Positions 1 through 10,682 of a DNA stretch of 64,000 nt are shown here, piece after piece. Both the position numbers and the translations under genes were made by a program. The notes below the pieces were generated by a model. It made no database searches, was not told where the DNA came from, and worked only from the letters and a program-made list of their open reading frames with translations. Position 1 is the first letter of the stretch. Every line of letters starts with the position of its first letter. This stretch comes from Mobula hypostoma (lineage: Eukaryota), in the NCBI RefSeq assembly GCF_963921235.1, contig NC_086108.1, forward strand, positions 71,054,001 through 71,118,000, written 5' to 3'.

Positions 1-212
1 TCAACAAAAATCATTAGTTTCTGAAGTATTTCCCCTTGCATTTATTTTAAATGAATGAATTACAATTTCAGATGTGTACTAATTATCCTTGAAAAGTGAA
101 GGGGAACCTGCATGTTGTGCTGAAGATTCATTAGCATTGTTTCATTTCATTCCAATTCATACTTTTTAGAAGTTATTAATTCAAGTATATCTTTTTCTTG
201 TCTGACATGTAG

Positions 213-379
213 GATGATATAATGTCATTTGAAGCTGAGAAGCAGGTTGTGTATCTACAAGTTTATCGTCCTGTGTACTTTCAATTAGTTGATGTTCTGC
301 TCCACAAAGCTCAGTTCCCTTCAGATGAAGAATATTCCTCTTGGTCTTCTGATGAAAAAGAACAATTTAGAATATACAG
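213..379 (+). CDS. IPO13: Importin-13 internal coding exon (1st in window): DDIMSFEAEKQVVYLQVYRPVYFQLVDVLLHKAQFPSDEEYSSWSSDEKEQFRIYR
   Basis: AG at 211-212 and GTAAG at 380; 167 nt, ends in phase 2; translation matches the recalled vertebrate importin-13 sequence. Confidence 0.96.
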
Positions 380-553
380 GTAAGAAAGTAATGCTCCACA
401 GGAAAAATATTTAGGTGTTTGCAGTCCAGCAAGTGTCTTGTTCTTTTTTTCTGCTTACTAATTGTTGAAACTTGATGTTGAATAGATGGTAATGACACAT
501 TACAGATTATTAATCACATGCAGTTTATTTTGTCACTTTGCTCAAAGGAAGGA

Positions 554-1087
554 ACTGTGCTCAGTTCTGGTCACCTCACTATAGGAAGGACATGGAAACC
601 ATAGAAAGGGTGCAGAGGAAATTTACAAGGATGTTGCCTGAATTGGGGAGCATGCCTTATGAGAATAGGTTGAGTGAACTCGGCCTTTTCTCCTTGGAGT
701 GACGGAGGATGAGAGGTGACCTGATAGAGGTGTATAAGATGATGAGAGGCATTGATCGTGTGGATAGTCAGAGGCTTTTCCCCAGGGCTGAAATAGCTAG
801 CACAAGAGGGCATAGTTTTAAGGTGCTTAGAAGTAGGTACAGGGGAGATGTCAGGGGTATGTTTTTTACACAGAGATTGGTGAGTGTGTGGAATGGGCTG
901 CCGGCGGCAGCGGTGGAGGCGGAAACGATGGGGTCTTTTAAGAGTCTCCTGGATGGCTACATGGAGCTTAGAAAAATAGAGGGCTATGGGTAAAGCCTAA
1001 GTAGTTCCAAGGTAGGGACATGTTTGGCCCAGCTTTGTGGGCCGAAGGGCCTTTATTGTGCTGTAGGTTTTCTATGTTTCTATGTTT
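554..1087 (+). mobile_element. CR1-type LINE 3' fragment
   Basis: ORF2 C-terminus (RGDLIEVYK...TRGHSFK...FFTQR.V..WN.LP); 3' tail of TCTATGTT repeats. Confidence 0.9.
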
Positions 1088-1384
1088 TTCTGTGTTTTTG
1101 CAGCTGGCTGTTCTGCTATATGCTTCTGATTTTGTGAATTCCCAAATTCACTAGTTTTTACGTATTCATTCAAGGGCACAATATAATGTAGTCTTGAACA
1201 GAGGACAGATTTTTAGTTTCTATTTATCAATAACTTGCAATGTTCACCATTCACTTGGTAGATATAGAATGCAGTGTGATTTGGAACTCCATTCTAAGTG
1301 GACTGATTGTATTTGGAGGGTTGATCATTCTAGTGAATGCTATAATTGGACTTATCACAAGGATAGGTAAGAGATTTTTCACAT

Positions 1385-1570
1385 TTTGCACTTCTGGACA
1401 TTATGGATTAACCCCATTCCACCCCCCCCCCCGCAACACTCCGCTTCCCGCACTGATCACTCCCTCTGCGATTCCCTTATCCATGCGTTCCTCTCCACTA
1501 GTTGCCCTCCTGGCACTTATCCCTGCAAATGGAAGAAGTGTTACATCTGCCCATCCGTCTCTCTCATCTC
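1385..1570 (+). mobile_element. Penelope-like element fragment (region just before the GIY-YIG domain)
   Basis: DHSLCDSLIH...PGTYPCKWKKCYICP is paralogous to 39230-39350 of the large Penelope copy. Confidence 0.7.
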
Positions 1571-1681
1571 CATTGCTTTTAGAACTTTAATGCAGTACCA
1601 AAACAAATACAAAATTATTGCCAGAGGTGTTGTCTTATGAAGAGAATTTAAACTGGTACACTCAGCTTTCTGAGGTGGATT

Positions 1682-2818
1682 CATAGAACATAGAATAGTA
1701 CAGCACAGTACAGGCCCTTCGGCCCACAATGTTGTGCCGACCCTCAAACCCTGCCTCCCATATAAGCCCCCACCTTAGATTCCTCCATATACTTGTCTAG
1801 TAGTCTCTTAAACTTCACTAGTGTATCTGCCTCCACCACTGACTCAGGCAGTGCATTCCACGCACCAACCACTCTCTGAGTAAAAAACTTTCCTCTAATA
1901 TCCCCCTTGAACTTTACATACCTTACCTTAAAGCCATGTCCTCTTGTATTGAGCAGTGGTGCCCTGGGGAAGAGGCGCTGGCTATCCACTCTATCTATTC
2001 CTCTTATTATCTTGTACATCTCTATCATGTCTCCTCTCATCCTCCTTCTCTCCAAAGAGTAAAGCCCTAGCTCCCTTAATCTCTGATCATAATGCATACT
2101 TTCTAAACCAGGCAGCATCCTGGTAAATCTCCTCTGTACCCTTTCCAATGCTTCCACATCCTTCCTATAGTGAGGTGACCAGAACTGGACACAGTACTCC
2201 AAGTGTGGCCTAACCAGAGTTTTATAGAGCTGCATCATTACATCGCGACTCTTAAACTCTATCCCTCGACTTATGAAAGCTAGCACCCCATAAGCTTTCT
2301 TAACTACCCTATCCACCTGTGAGGCAACTTTCAGGGATCTGTGGACATGTACCCCGAGATCCCTCTGCTCCTCCACACTACCAAGTATCCTGCTATTTAC
2401 TTTGTACTCTGCCTTGGAGTTTGTCCTTCCAAAGTGTACCACCTCACACTTCTCCGGGTTGAACTCCATCTGCCACTTCTCAGCCCACTTCTGCATCCTA
2501 TCAATGTCTCTCTGGAATCTTTGACAATCCTCTACACTATCCACAACACCACCAACCTTTATGTCGTCTGCAAACTTGCCAACCCACCCTTCTACCCCCA
2601 CATCCAGGTCGTTAATAAAAATCATGAAAAGTAGAGGTCCCAGAACAGATCCTTGTGGGACACCACTAGTCACAATCCTCCAATCTGAATGTACTCCCTC
2701 CACCACCACCCTCTGCCTTCTGTAGGCAAGCCAATTCTGAATCCACCTGGCCAAACTTCCCTGGATCCCATGCCTTCTAACTTTCTGAATAAGCCTACCG
2801 TGTGGAAACTTGTCAAAG
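1682..2818 (-). mobile_element. CR1 LINE, 5'-truncated, with an open RT C-terminal ORF (1744..2754)
   Basis: GVPQGSVLGP and FADD RT motifs, RPHLEYCVQFWSP; TTCTATG-type tail at ~1682-1693. Confidence 0.95.
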
Positions 2819-3074
2819 GTTCAACCCCATGATACTATTTGAGGAGCAGATATTTTAATTGAAATGTTGCTCAGTGAATATTGCAAAATTATCTTGTCAG
2901 TTATCTCTTATTTATCTGTGATGTTTATGTTACAACAAAAACTACATTCTGATAGCAATTCATTGACTTAAAGAGCTTTTGTGCTGTTAGGATATCAGCA
3001 TTATTTAAACATTTATAAATCCCTAACCTCAGAGTTACTGAAACACTGTTCAATCACTTAAGTTGATAAATCTA

Positions 3075-5490
3075 TTATCAAAGTTTCTTTGCAGGCATAC
3101 TCTTTGAATCCATGATAGAGAAACTATAATAGAATCAATGAAAGACTGCACCAATTTGGGCATTCAGCCAATGTGCAAAACACAACAAACTGTGCAAATA
3201 CAAAAAGAAAAAGAATAATAATAATACATATCAAGATCATGAGATGAAGTCCTTGAAATTGAGTTCATAGGTTGTGGAAATGTATTTCAATGCTGGAGTT
3301 TGAGTGAAGTTATTCCTAAAAGCCTGATGGTTAAGGGCTGATAACTATTCCTGAACCTGGTGGTGTGAGTCTTGAGGCTCCTGTACTACCTTCTTAATTG
3401 CAGTGGCGAGAAGAGAGCATGACCTGGGTGGTGGGGGTCCCTGATGATGGATGCTGCTTTCCTGCAACAATTTCCTGTAGATGTACTCAATGGTGGGGAG
3501 AGCTTTATCTGTGATGGATGGGGCTGTATCCACTACTTCTTGTAGGATTTTCCGTTTTATGTATATTGGTGTTTCTATACCAGGCTGTGATGCAACCAGT
3601 CAATATACTGTCCACCACACATCTGAAGAAGTTTGTCTGAATTTTAGATGTCATGCTGAATGTTTGCAAACTCCTAGGGAAGTAGAGGTGCTACTGTGCT
3701 TCCTTCGTAATTGCACTTGCATGCTGGGCCCAGGCCAGGATCTCTGAAATAATGGTGCTGAGGAATTTAAATTTGCTAACCCACTCCACCTCTGATCTTC
3801 CATTGAGGACTGGACCATGGACCTCTGGTTTCCTCCTCCTGAAGTCAATAATCAGCTCTTTGGTCTTGCTGACATTGAGTAAAAGGTTGTTTTGTAGTGA
3901 CAGCACTCAGCCAGATTTTCAGTCTCCCTCCTATATGCTGACTCATCACCACCTTTGACTCGGTTTACGACAGTGGTGTCATTAGTTAATGTGTCATTGG
4001 AGCTGTGCTTAGTCACACAGTCATAAGTGTAAAGCAAGTAGAGTCAGGGGCTAAACACACCGTCTTGTGGTGGCTCCTGTGCTGATAGAGATTGTGGAGG
4101 AGATGTGGCCAAACTGAACTGACTGTGGTCTGCAAGAGAGGAAATCGCGGATCTGATTGCACAAGGAGGTATTGAGGCCAATGTCTTGAAGCTTATTGAT
4201 TAGTTTTGAGAGGGTGATGGTGTTGAATGCCAAGCTGTAGTTGGCAAAGAGCATCCTGATGTATGTATCTTCGCTGTCATGATGTTCCAGGGTTGAGTGA
4301 AGAGCCAGTGAATTAGCACCTGCTGGGACCTGTTGTTCCAGTAAGCAAGTTGAAACAGATCCAAGTTGTTTCTCAGGCAGGAGTTGATGTTTCATCACTG
4401 ACCTCTCAAAACACTTCATCACAGAGGATGTAAGTGCTACTGGACAATAGTCATTGAGTTAGGTTACCATAATGTGTGGGCAAGTGGCCAAGTGGTTAAG
4501 GAGTTCGACTAGCGAGCTGAAGGTTGTGAGTTCGAGCCCCAGCTGAGGCAGCGTGTTGTCTCCTTGAGCAAGGCACTTAATCACACAGTGCTCTGTGACG
4601 ACACTGGTGCCAAGCTGTATGGGTCCTAATGGGCCCTTGGACATCGGTGTCGTGGAGAGGGGAGACTTGCAGCATGGGCAAGTGCCGGTCTTCCATACAA
4701 CCTTGCCCCGGTGAAGACTTTCCAGGTGCAGATCCATGGTCTGGCAAGACTAACGGATGCCTTTACTTAGGTTACCATGTTCTTGTTAGTCACTGGTATA
4801 AGTGAAGTCTGATTGAAGCAAGTGGGTACCTCAGAATGCCAAAACGAGAGGTTAAAGATCTCAGTGAACACACCAGCCAGTGATCAGCACAGATCTTTAA
4901 TACCTTGCCAGCTACCTAGTCTGGGCCGGATGCTTTTTGTCATTTTACCCTCCTGAAGGTTGTTAGTAGAAAGTATTGAGCTCATCTGGAAGTAAGTAGG
5001 TCGCTTGATATTACTTTATAAGAGGTGATAGCATTCAAGCCCAGCCACAACTGTTGAACATCCTCCTTGATTCAAGTTTAGTTCTGGGATTGCCACCTTG
5101 CCCACAAGATGGTTTTCTGGAGATTGTATCTGGACCTTTTGTAACTTTTTTGGACACCTGATTTTGGTGCCTTTGATCTGGCCATCAGCAGATTGCAGAT
5201 CTCATAGTTCACGCAGGGCATCAGGTATCTCAAGTGCTTGATTATAGTGGGCTGCTGGTGGTATATAATCTGCGGTCAGGATTATGGAGAAGAACTCCCT
5301 ATGTAAATAGAACGGACAGCATTTAATCATTAGGTGTTCCAGGTCAGGGGAACATGAGTTTGACAAAACTGCCACATTGGAACACAATCTAGAGTTGATC
5401 ATGAAACACAAACCTTCATCTATTGCCTTTTCCAAATCAGCAGTTCAGTTCATCCTGTGAATTGAGAAGCTTTTGGGTGTGATCGCTGTA
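3075..5490 (-). mobile_element. Decayed Rex1/Babar-clade LINE, interrupted by a SINE
   Basis: Frameshifted motifs MMKCFER, RMLF..YSLAFNTI, NNLLLNVSKTKELIIDFR; APE-region remnant at 5202..5435; boundaries approximate. Confidence 0.85.
4471..4766 (+). mobile_element. tRNA-derived SINE with a CORE-like centre and a 12-bp TSD
   Basis: A box TGGCCAAGTGG, B box GTTCGAGCC, CCTTGAGCAAGGCACTTAA core; TTAGGTTACCAT at 4459-4470 and 4767-4778. Confidence 0.9.
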
Positions 5491-5866
5491 TAGTTAAAAT
5501 CTAATAGAAATTTAGATTCCTGGTAAATCTACAGGTTTGTTTACAAAATGGAGTTGAGATTATGGATTAGCCATGATGTTAATAAATGTTAGAATTGGGT
5601 GTCATGGTACCTTTGGCATTATCCTGCTTCTATTGTGGAATCTTCAGTTCCTTCATTATAGCTTCTTCCATTGTGGATTATATACCTGTAAATAGTGCTA
5701 TATCAATGCTCTATTCCATTTGATGAAACAAAGAAATCTGATACTCTTTTCAAGTGTTAGAGGGGTGGATTTTCAATTGTATATTTTAAATGTTTGAGTA
5801 ATTTTGATGTAAATGCATTTATAATTTTGCTTAATTATTTTAACAAATTGTATCTGTCCTTGGCAG

Positions 5867-5987
5867 AGTTGATATCTCTGACACTCTGATGTATGTATAC
5901 GAAATGCTGGGAGCTGAACTGCTAAGTAATCTGTATGATAAATTAGGAAGACTTTTAACTAACTCTGAGCAACCAACGTCATGGCAG
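5867..5987 (+). CDS. IPO13: Importin-13 exon: (R)VDISDTLMYVYEMLGAELLSNLYDKLGRLLTNSEQPTSWQ
   Basis: CAG acceptor and GTGAA donor; 121 nt; completes the phase-2 codon of the previous exon. Confidence 0.96.
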
Positions 5988-6153
5988 GTGAATACAAGTT
6001 TGTTGTACTACAACTAAAGATTTATTTATGTTCAGTTTATTGTAAGTGTAATTTTTGATCTTCATTTTAGAAGTAATTATATCCTCATTAATTTATAAAT
6101 GCAGAAATTCTAGACCTGATGTATTGCATCACTTTTCTCCTCTTTCTGTTTAG

Positions 6154-6301
6154 CACATTGAAGCCTGTTTGTATGGGTTTCAATCAATTGCGGAAACCAA
6201 TGATGTCAACTATTCTGACGTAATTCCAGGATTGATTGGTCTTATCCCACGGATAAACATCAGCAATGTGCAGTTAGCTGACACAGTAATGTTTACAATA
6301 G
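6154..6301 (+). CDS. IPO13: Importin-13 exon: HIEACLYGFQSIAETNDVNYSDVIPGLIGLIPRINISNVQLADTVMFTI(G)
   Basis: Polypyrimidine tract + TAG; GTATG donor; 148 nt, ends in phase 1. Confidence 0.96.
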
Positions 6302-6389
6302 GTATGCATTATAACTTTTGAGTATATTTATTAATGAGGCAGCTATTCCTAGTAACTATGGTTTGCTTGCTCTTGGTCTGAGAACCTCA

Positions 6390-7125
6390 GTCATATTCAT
6401 ACAGCACAGAAACAGTCTTTTCAGCCTATCGTACCGATGCTGATCATTAAGTACCCTTGTACACTAATCCCACTTATCAGCACTAATGCTTAGCCATCTA
6501 TGTATTTGTGACTCAAATCCTCGTGTTGATATTTTATTGAAGTTGAGAATACACACCTCCACCACCACTCATTCAGGCAGTGCTTTCCAGGTCCCAGCTC
6601 CTTCAGGGTATACCACATGCTGCTTTCACCACCTTACCTACCACTTTAAACATCCATGGATTTGTACACTGAGGTCCCTCTGTTCTTTAAAATTGCCTTA
6701 GGTTCTGCCAGTCATTTTGCGTGGCCTATCCTTATTCCTTATATCCAAGTGCGCGGTCTTGTACTGATCAGGATTAAATTCCGATTGCTATTACTCTGCA
6801 CATTATATCAACTGATAAATACTCCTTTTGGATGAGGGGTTCATCCAAAACCCAATCTGCTCTTGTAAGCTATTGCCAGTACTTTAGAATAAGTGCTTAA
6901 GGGCACATAGCACAGAAACAGGCTCTTTGGCCCATCATTTACTTGTCAGGACAGATTTTAGGTATTGTGTCATCCACTTGGGCAATGTGTTTAAATTCCA
7001 TCTGCCCCCTGCATGAAAAGCTTCTTCCTCAAATCCCTTTAATTCTCTTTTAATCCCTCTGACCCTAGTTTTGTACCCTTTAGATTTTGCCATCCATGTT
7101 TTGAGGGGAAAATCCTCACTTACCA
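6390..7125 (-). mobile_element. Old CR1 3' fragments (two, degenerate)
   Basis: CATAGCACAGAAACAGGC-type CR1 3' ends near 6400 and 6905; degenerate WN.LP motif. Confidence 0.6.
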
Positions 7126-7514
7126 AGGGAGTAATCGCCGGCTAATATTTATATTTCCATTAAGACCACGTAAAGCAGATTATCCTGAAATATGAATTTC
7201 TTTCTCATAAACACTGCTTGCTATTCTGAGTATTTCTGGTATTTTTTTTAAATTTCCAGTTAGCAGCAGCTGTTCTATTGATTTTCTGTAATATGTTGAT
7301 TTTTGTCAGAGCTGGCTACATGCAAACTGCATGCCAAGTCACTTGAATTACAATCACTTAGTAACATACAGCAAAATAAAATCAGATACCTAAAGCTCCT
7401 TCAAACCATTTGTACTTAAAATATGGAAATTCATATTCTTTTGATGATTGCTCTGATCGTCATTGCAGTTTGAGTGTCCTTTTTGTTCTAAATTTATTCT
7501 AATTTCTATTGTAG

Positions 7515-7696
7515 GTGCACTAGCCGAATGGCTGGCTGACCACCCTGTGATGATCAACAGTGTATTACCACTGGTACTGCATGCTTTGGGCAACCCAGAG
7601 CTTTCCATATCCAGTGTTTCCACGCTGAAGAAGATCTGTAGAGAATGCAAGTATGACCTACCTCCCTATGCTGCTAATATTGTGGCTGTTTCTCAG
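7515..7696 (+). CDS. IPO13: Importin-13 exon: (G)ALAEWLADHPVMINSVLPLVLHALGNPELSISSVSTLKKICRECKYDLPPYAANIVAVSQ
   Basis: TAG acceptor and GTAAT donor; 182 nt; lies inside ORF 7463..7717. Confidence 0.97.
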
Positions 7697-8511
7697 GTAA
7701 TGATCATTGAGACTTAATAACTATATTTGCAGTAGTGAGTAATTGTATCTTCTTACATTTAGGAGACTGAACTAAAAATTTTGCTGATACTTTAGAAGTA
7801 ATGAGCTTATACTTTAGTTATTATAGAAATTTAATTTCTCAGTTATGAGTACATACTGTGAACAACATCACTTATTTAGAAAAATAAATATTTTTTTAAG
7901 TTACTGGTAAAATAGCTGATAATATTTTGTGTCTCAGGATGAAAATTCATTGAGAGGTACAACATGTTTGTATGGAAAAGGGTTCTTCTAAAAGTCCTTT
8001 GTTAACAATGGTCAAGTGGGTTTTTGTCTGGATGGATTTTGCATATTATGCTCATAGATAAAGAGAAATTTGGACATACGGCAATCTTAGATAATTTGCA
8101 GTGCAAGCACAGATTATTCTGATGATAAGGTTGAGGTGCACTTTGATATATTTTTAATCTGACATTCCTGTTATATTACAAACTGAAATAAATAAATATA
8201 GAATTGGAAACAAGTAAAAGTTGGCTATGTGCTGTTGAAAGTTGTATTTGAAATTCAGTTTTGGAGAAGTTGAAGTTTTACTGAAATAGATTAAATGAGT
8301 ATAGTTTTTTTGTGAACAGTTCATATCCATTTCCCGCCTTGACATCTTTAACAGTAAAATGAAATAATGAAATATTTTTATTTAGTTAAAGAATTGAAAT
8401 TTTCATGAGACTTATCAGGGTTGAGGTTAAAGGATAGGCAGTTGTTGTGTATTGTGTTGCAATTTAACAGATGATAATTGGTATTTTCTGTTTTATTGTT
8501 GTTTTCCACAG

Positions 8512-8538
8512 GAAGTTTTAATGAAACAAATTCATAAG
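8512..8538 (+). CDS. IPO13: Importin-13 27-nt micro-exon: EVLMKQIHK
   Basis: ttttccacag acceptor and GTCAGT donor; supplies the 9 residues between VAVSQ and TSQCMW in the recalled protein (DVLMKQIHK). Confidence 0.93.
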
Positions 8539-8679
8539 GTCAGTTGATTAAAATTTATTGATATTAAAACAAATATATCAATGAAGTACTTGTATTCACG
8601 TCTATAAAATTTTTTTTCACTCTTCATAAAACTAGTACTGAACTGCTTCAAATTTTAATTGGAATTGCCTTAAACAACT

Positions 8680-9760
8680 GCGCTACATATATCGACCATA
8701 AGATATTGGAGTGGAATTTGGCCGTTCGGTCCATTGGCTTTGCTCTGCCATTCAATAATGGGTAGTTTTTTTTCAACTTCATTCTCTGCATCTTCCCTGT
8801 AACCCTTAACCCCCTTACCAATTGCAAACCTGTCAATCTGTGCCTTAAATATCATACCAGAGGATCTGTTCTGGGATTAGCATGTAAGTGCCATAATAAA
8901 GAAGGCGCGGCAGCACTTGTACTTTCTTAGAAGTTTGCTCAGATTTGACGTCATCTAAAAATTTGACAAACTTCTGTTGTTGCACAATGAGGAGTGTCCT
9001 GATTGGTTGCCTCACTACCCATTATGGAACCACCACTGCCCGAGAATGGAAGGTCTTCTAAAAGTGGTGAATACAACCTAGTCCATCATGGGCAATGCTC
9101 TCCCCCACCACTGAGTGCATCTGCAAGGTGCATTGCCTCAAGAAAGCGGCATTCACCATCTATTCCCTCCACCATTCAGCCCATGCTCTACCATCGAGAA
9201 GGAGGTACAGGAGCCTTAAGTCCCACACCACCAGGTTCAGAAACAGTTATTACCCTTCAACCATCAGAATCCTGAGCCAGCATGATAACTTCAGTCACCT
9301 CAACTCTGAAATGCTTCCACATCTTATGGATTCATGGCACAATCTATGGACATGCTTTCAAGACTCTACAACTTATGTTCTCAGCATTATTTTATCTATC
9401 TATGTACCTACTCTTTCTACGTATCTCTGTGTATCTACTGTTATCTATCTGTCATCTTTTTGCACGTTGGTTGTCAGTCTTTGTGTGTAGTTTTGTATTG
9501 ATTCTATTGTACTTCTCTGTTCTATTGTGAATGCCTGCAAGAAAATGAATCACAAGGTAATATATAGTGACATACATACTTTGATCATTTGCTTTGAACT
9601 TCGAACTCAATGACTTGTCCGCTACAGCCCCCTGTGGGAAAGAATTCCACAGATTCACCACCCTCTGGGTGAAGAAATTCTTCCTGATCTCAATTTTAAA
9701 GGGATAGTTCTTTATTCTATGGCTCTGCCCTCATATCCTAGACTCTCCTACTATTGGAAA
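8680..9760 (-). mobile_element. CR1 3' fragment split by a Rex/Babar insertion
   Basis: CR1 sequence ...tgccttaaata (~8851) resumes as actcaatgacttg (~9605); VNLWNS.P motif. Confidence 0.8.
8852..9604 (+). mobile_element. Rex1/Babar LINE 3' fragment
   Basis: LPS.RRYRSLKSHTTRFRNSYYPSTIR motif; TTGAAC-type tail at 9594-9606. Confidence 0.85.
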
Positions 9761-10087
9761 TGTACCTGTATATGGATTCTAACATTTGTATACATTTAGT
9801 TTTAATGCAAAAAAAGTGTAAAGTTTATACTTTATACAACGTAAATAATGCCACTGGATATGGAATGAGCTGTTAGAAATTGCATAAAATATAGAGTAAA
9901 ATTCTATCTGCAAATATATTTTTGGTCACTGTTGCTGGTGAATAAAAAATGAATGACAATGTAATTTCAGCAAGATACACACTGATTAGACTGGAGATAC
10001 AACTGATAGGAAGGAAAAGAGTAATCTAACTGAAAATCACAAACACCTTATAAATGTTTAGTATGTGTTATTCAAAGCTCCCACAAA

Positions 10088-10682
10088 AACATAGGAACAT
10101 AAGAAATAAGGAATAGTCCATCTGGCGCTTCGAGCCTGCTCTGCCATTCAATAAGATCATGGCTGATCTGACCTTGGACTCCTCTCCACTTACCTGCCTT
10201 TTCCCCTTAACCCTTAATTTCCCTACTAGGCAAAAATCTATCCAACACTGTCTTAAATATATATACATTGAGATTGCCTCCCCTGCTTCATTGGGCAGAA
10301 AATTCCACAGATTCACCACTCTGGGAAAAGCATCTTTCCTGCCTCTAACTTATCTATCCTTTTCATAGTTTTGTGTATTTCTGTAAGATCTCCTGTCATT
10401 CTTCTGAATTACGGTGAGTACAGCCCCATGTGAATCAATCAACCTCCTCATCTCTGGAATCAACCTGGTGAACCTCCTCTGTACCACCTCCAAGGCCGGT
10501 ATATTCTTCCTCAAGTAAGGATACCAGAATTGCACGCAGTACTTCAGGTGCAGCCTCACCAATACCCCGTACAATTGCAGCATAACCTCCTTACTCTTAA
10601 ATTCAGTCCCTCTAGCAATGAAGTCCAAGATTCCATTTGCCTTCTTGATAGCTTGCTGCACCTTCAAACCAACCTTTTGTGA
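10088..10682 (-). mobile_element. CR1 3' fragment
   Basis: KKANGILDFIARG...LVRLHLKYCVQFW; CR1 3' UTR and tail at ~10090. Confidence 0.88.

Noticed and set aside
4471..4560. tRNA gene (also 42580-42660 and 15856-15925)
   Set aside because: A and B boxes are present, but the sequence continues into SINE bodies (two with TSDs) and I could not build a complete cloverleaf.
7463..7717. ORF-track starts and stops around IPO13 exons (also 13745..13954 and 35415..35603)
   Set aside because: The ORF ends run into intron sequence; the true limits are the splice sites given in features.
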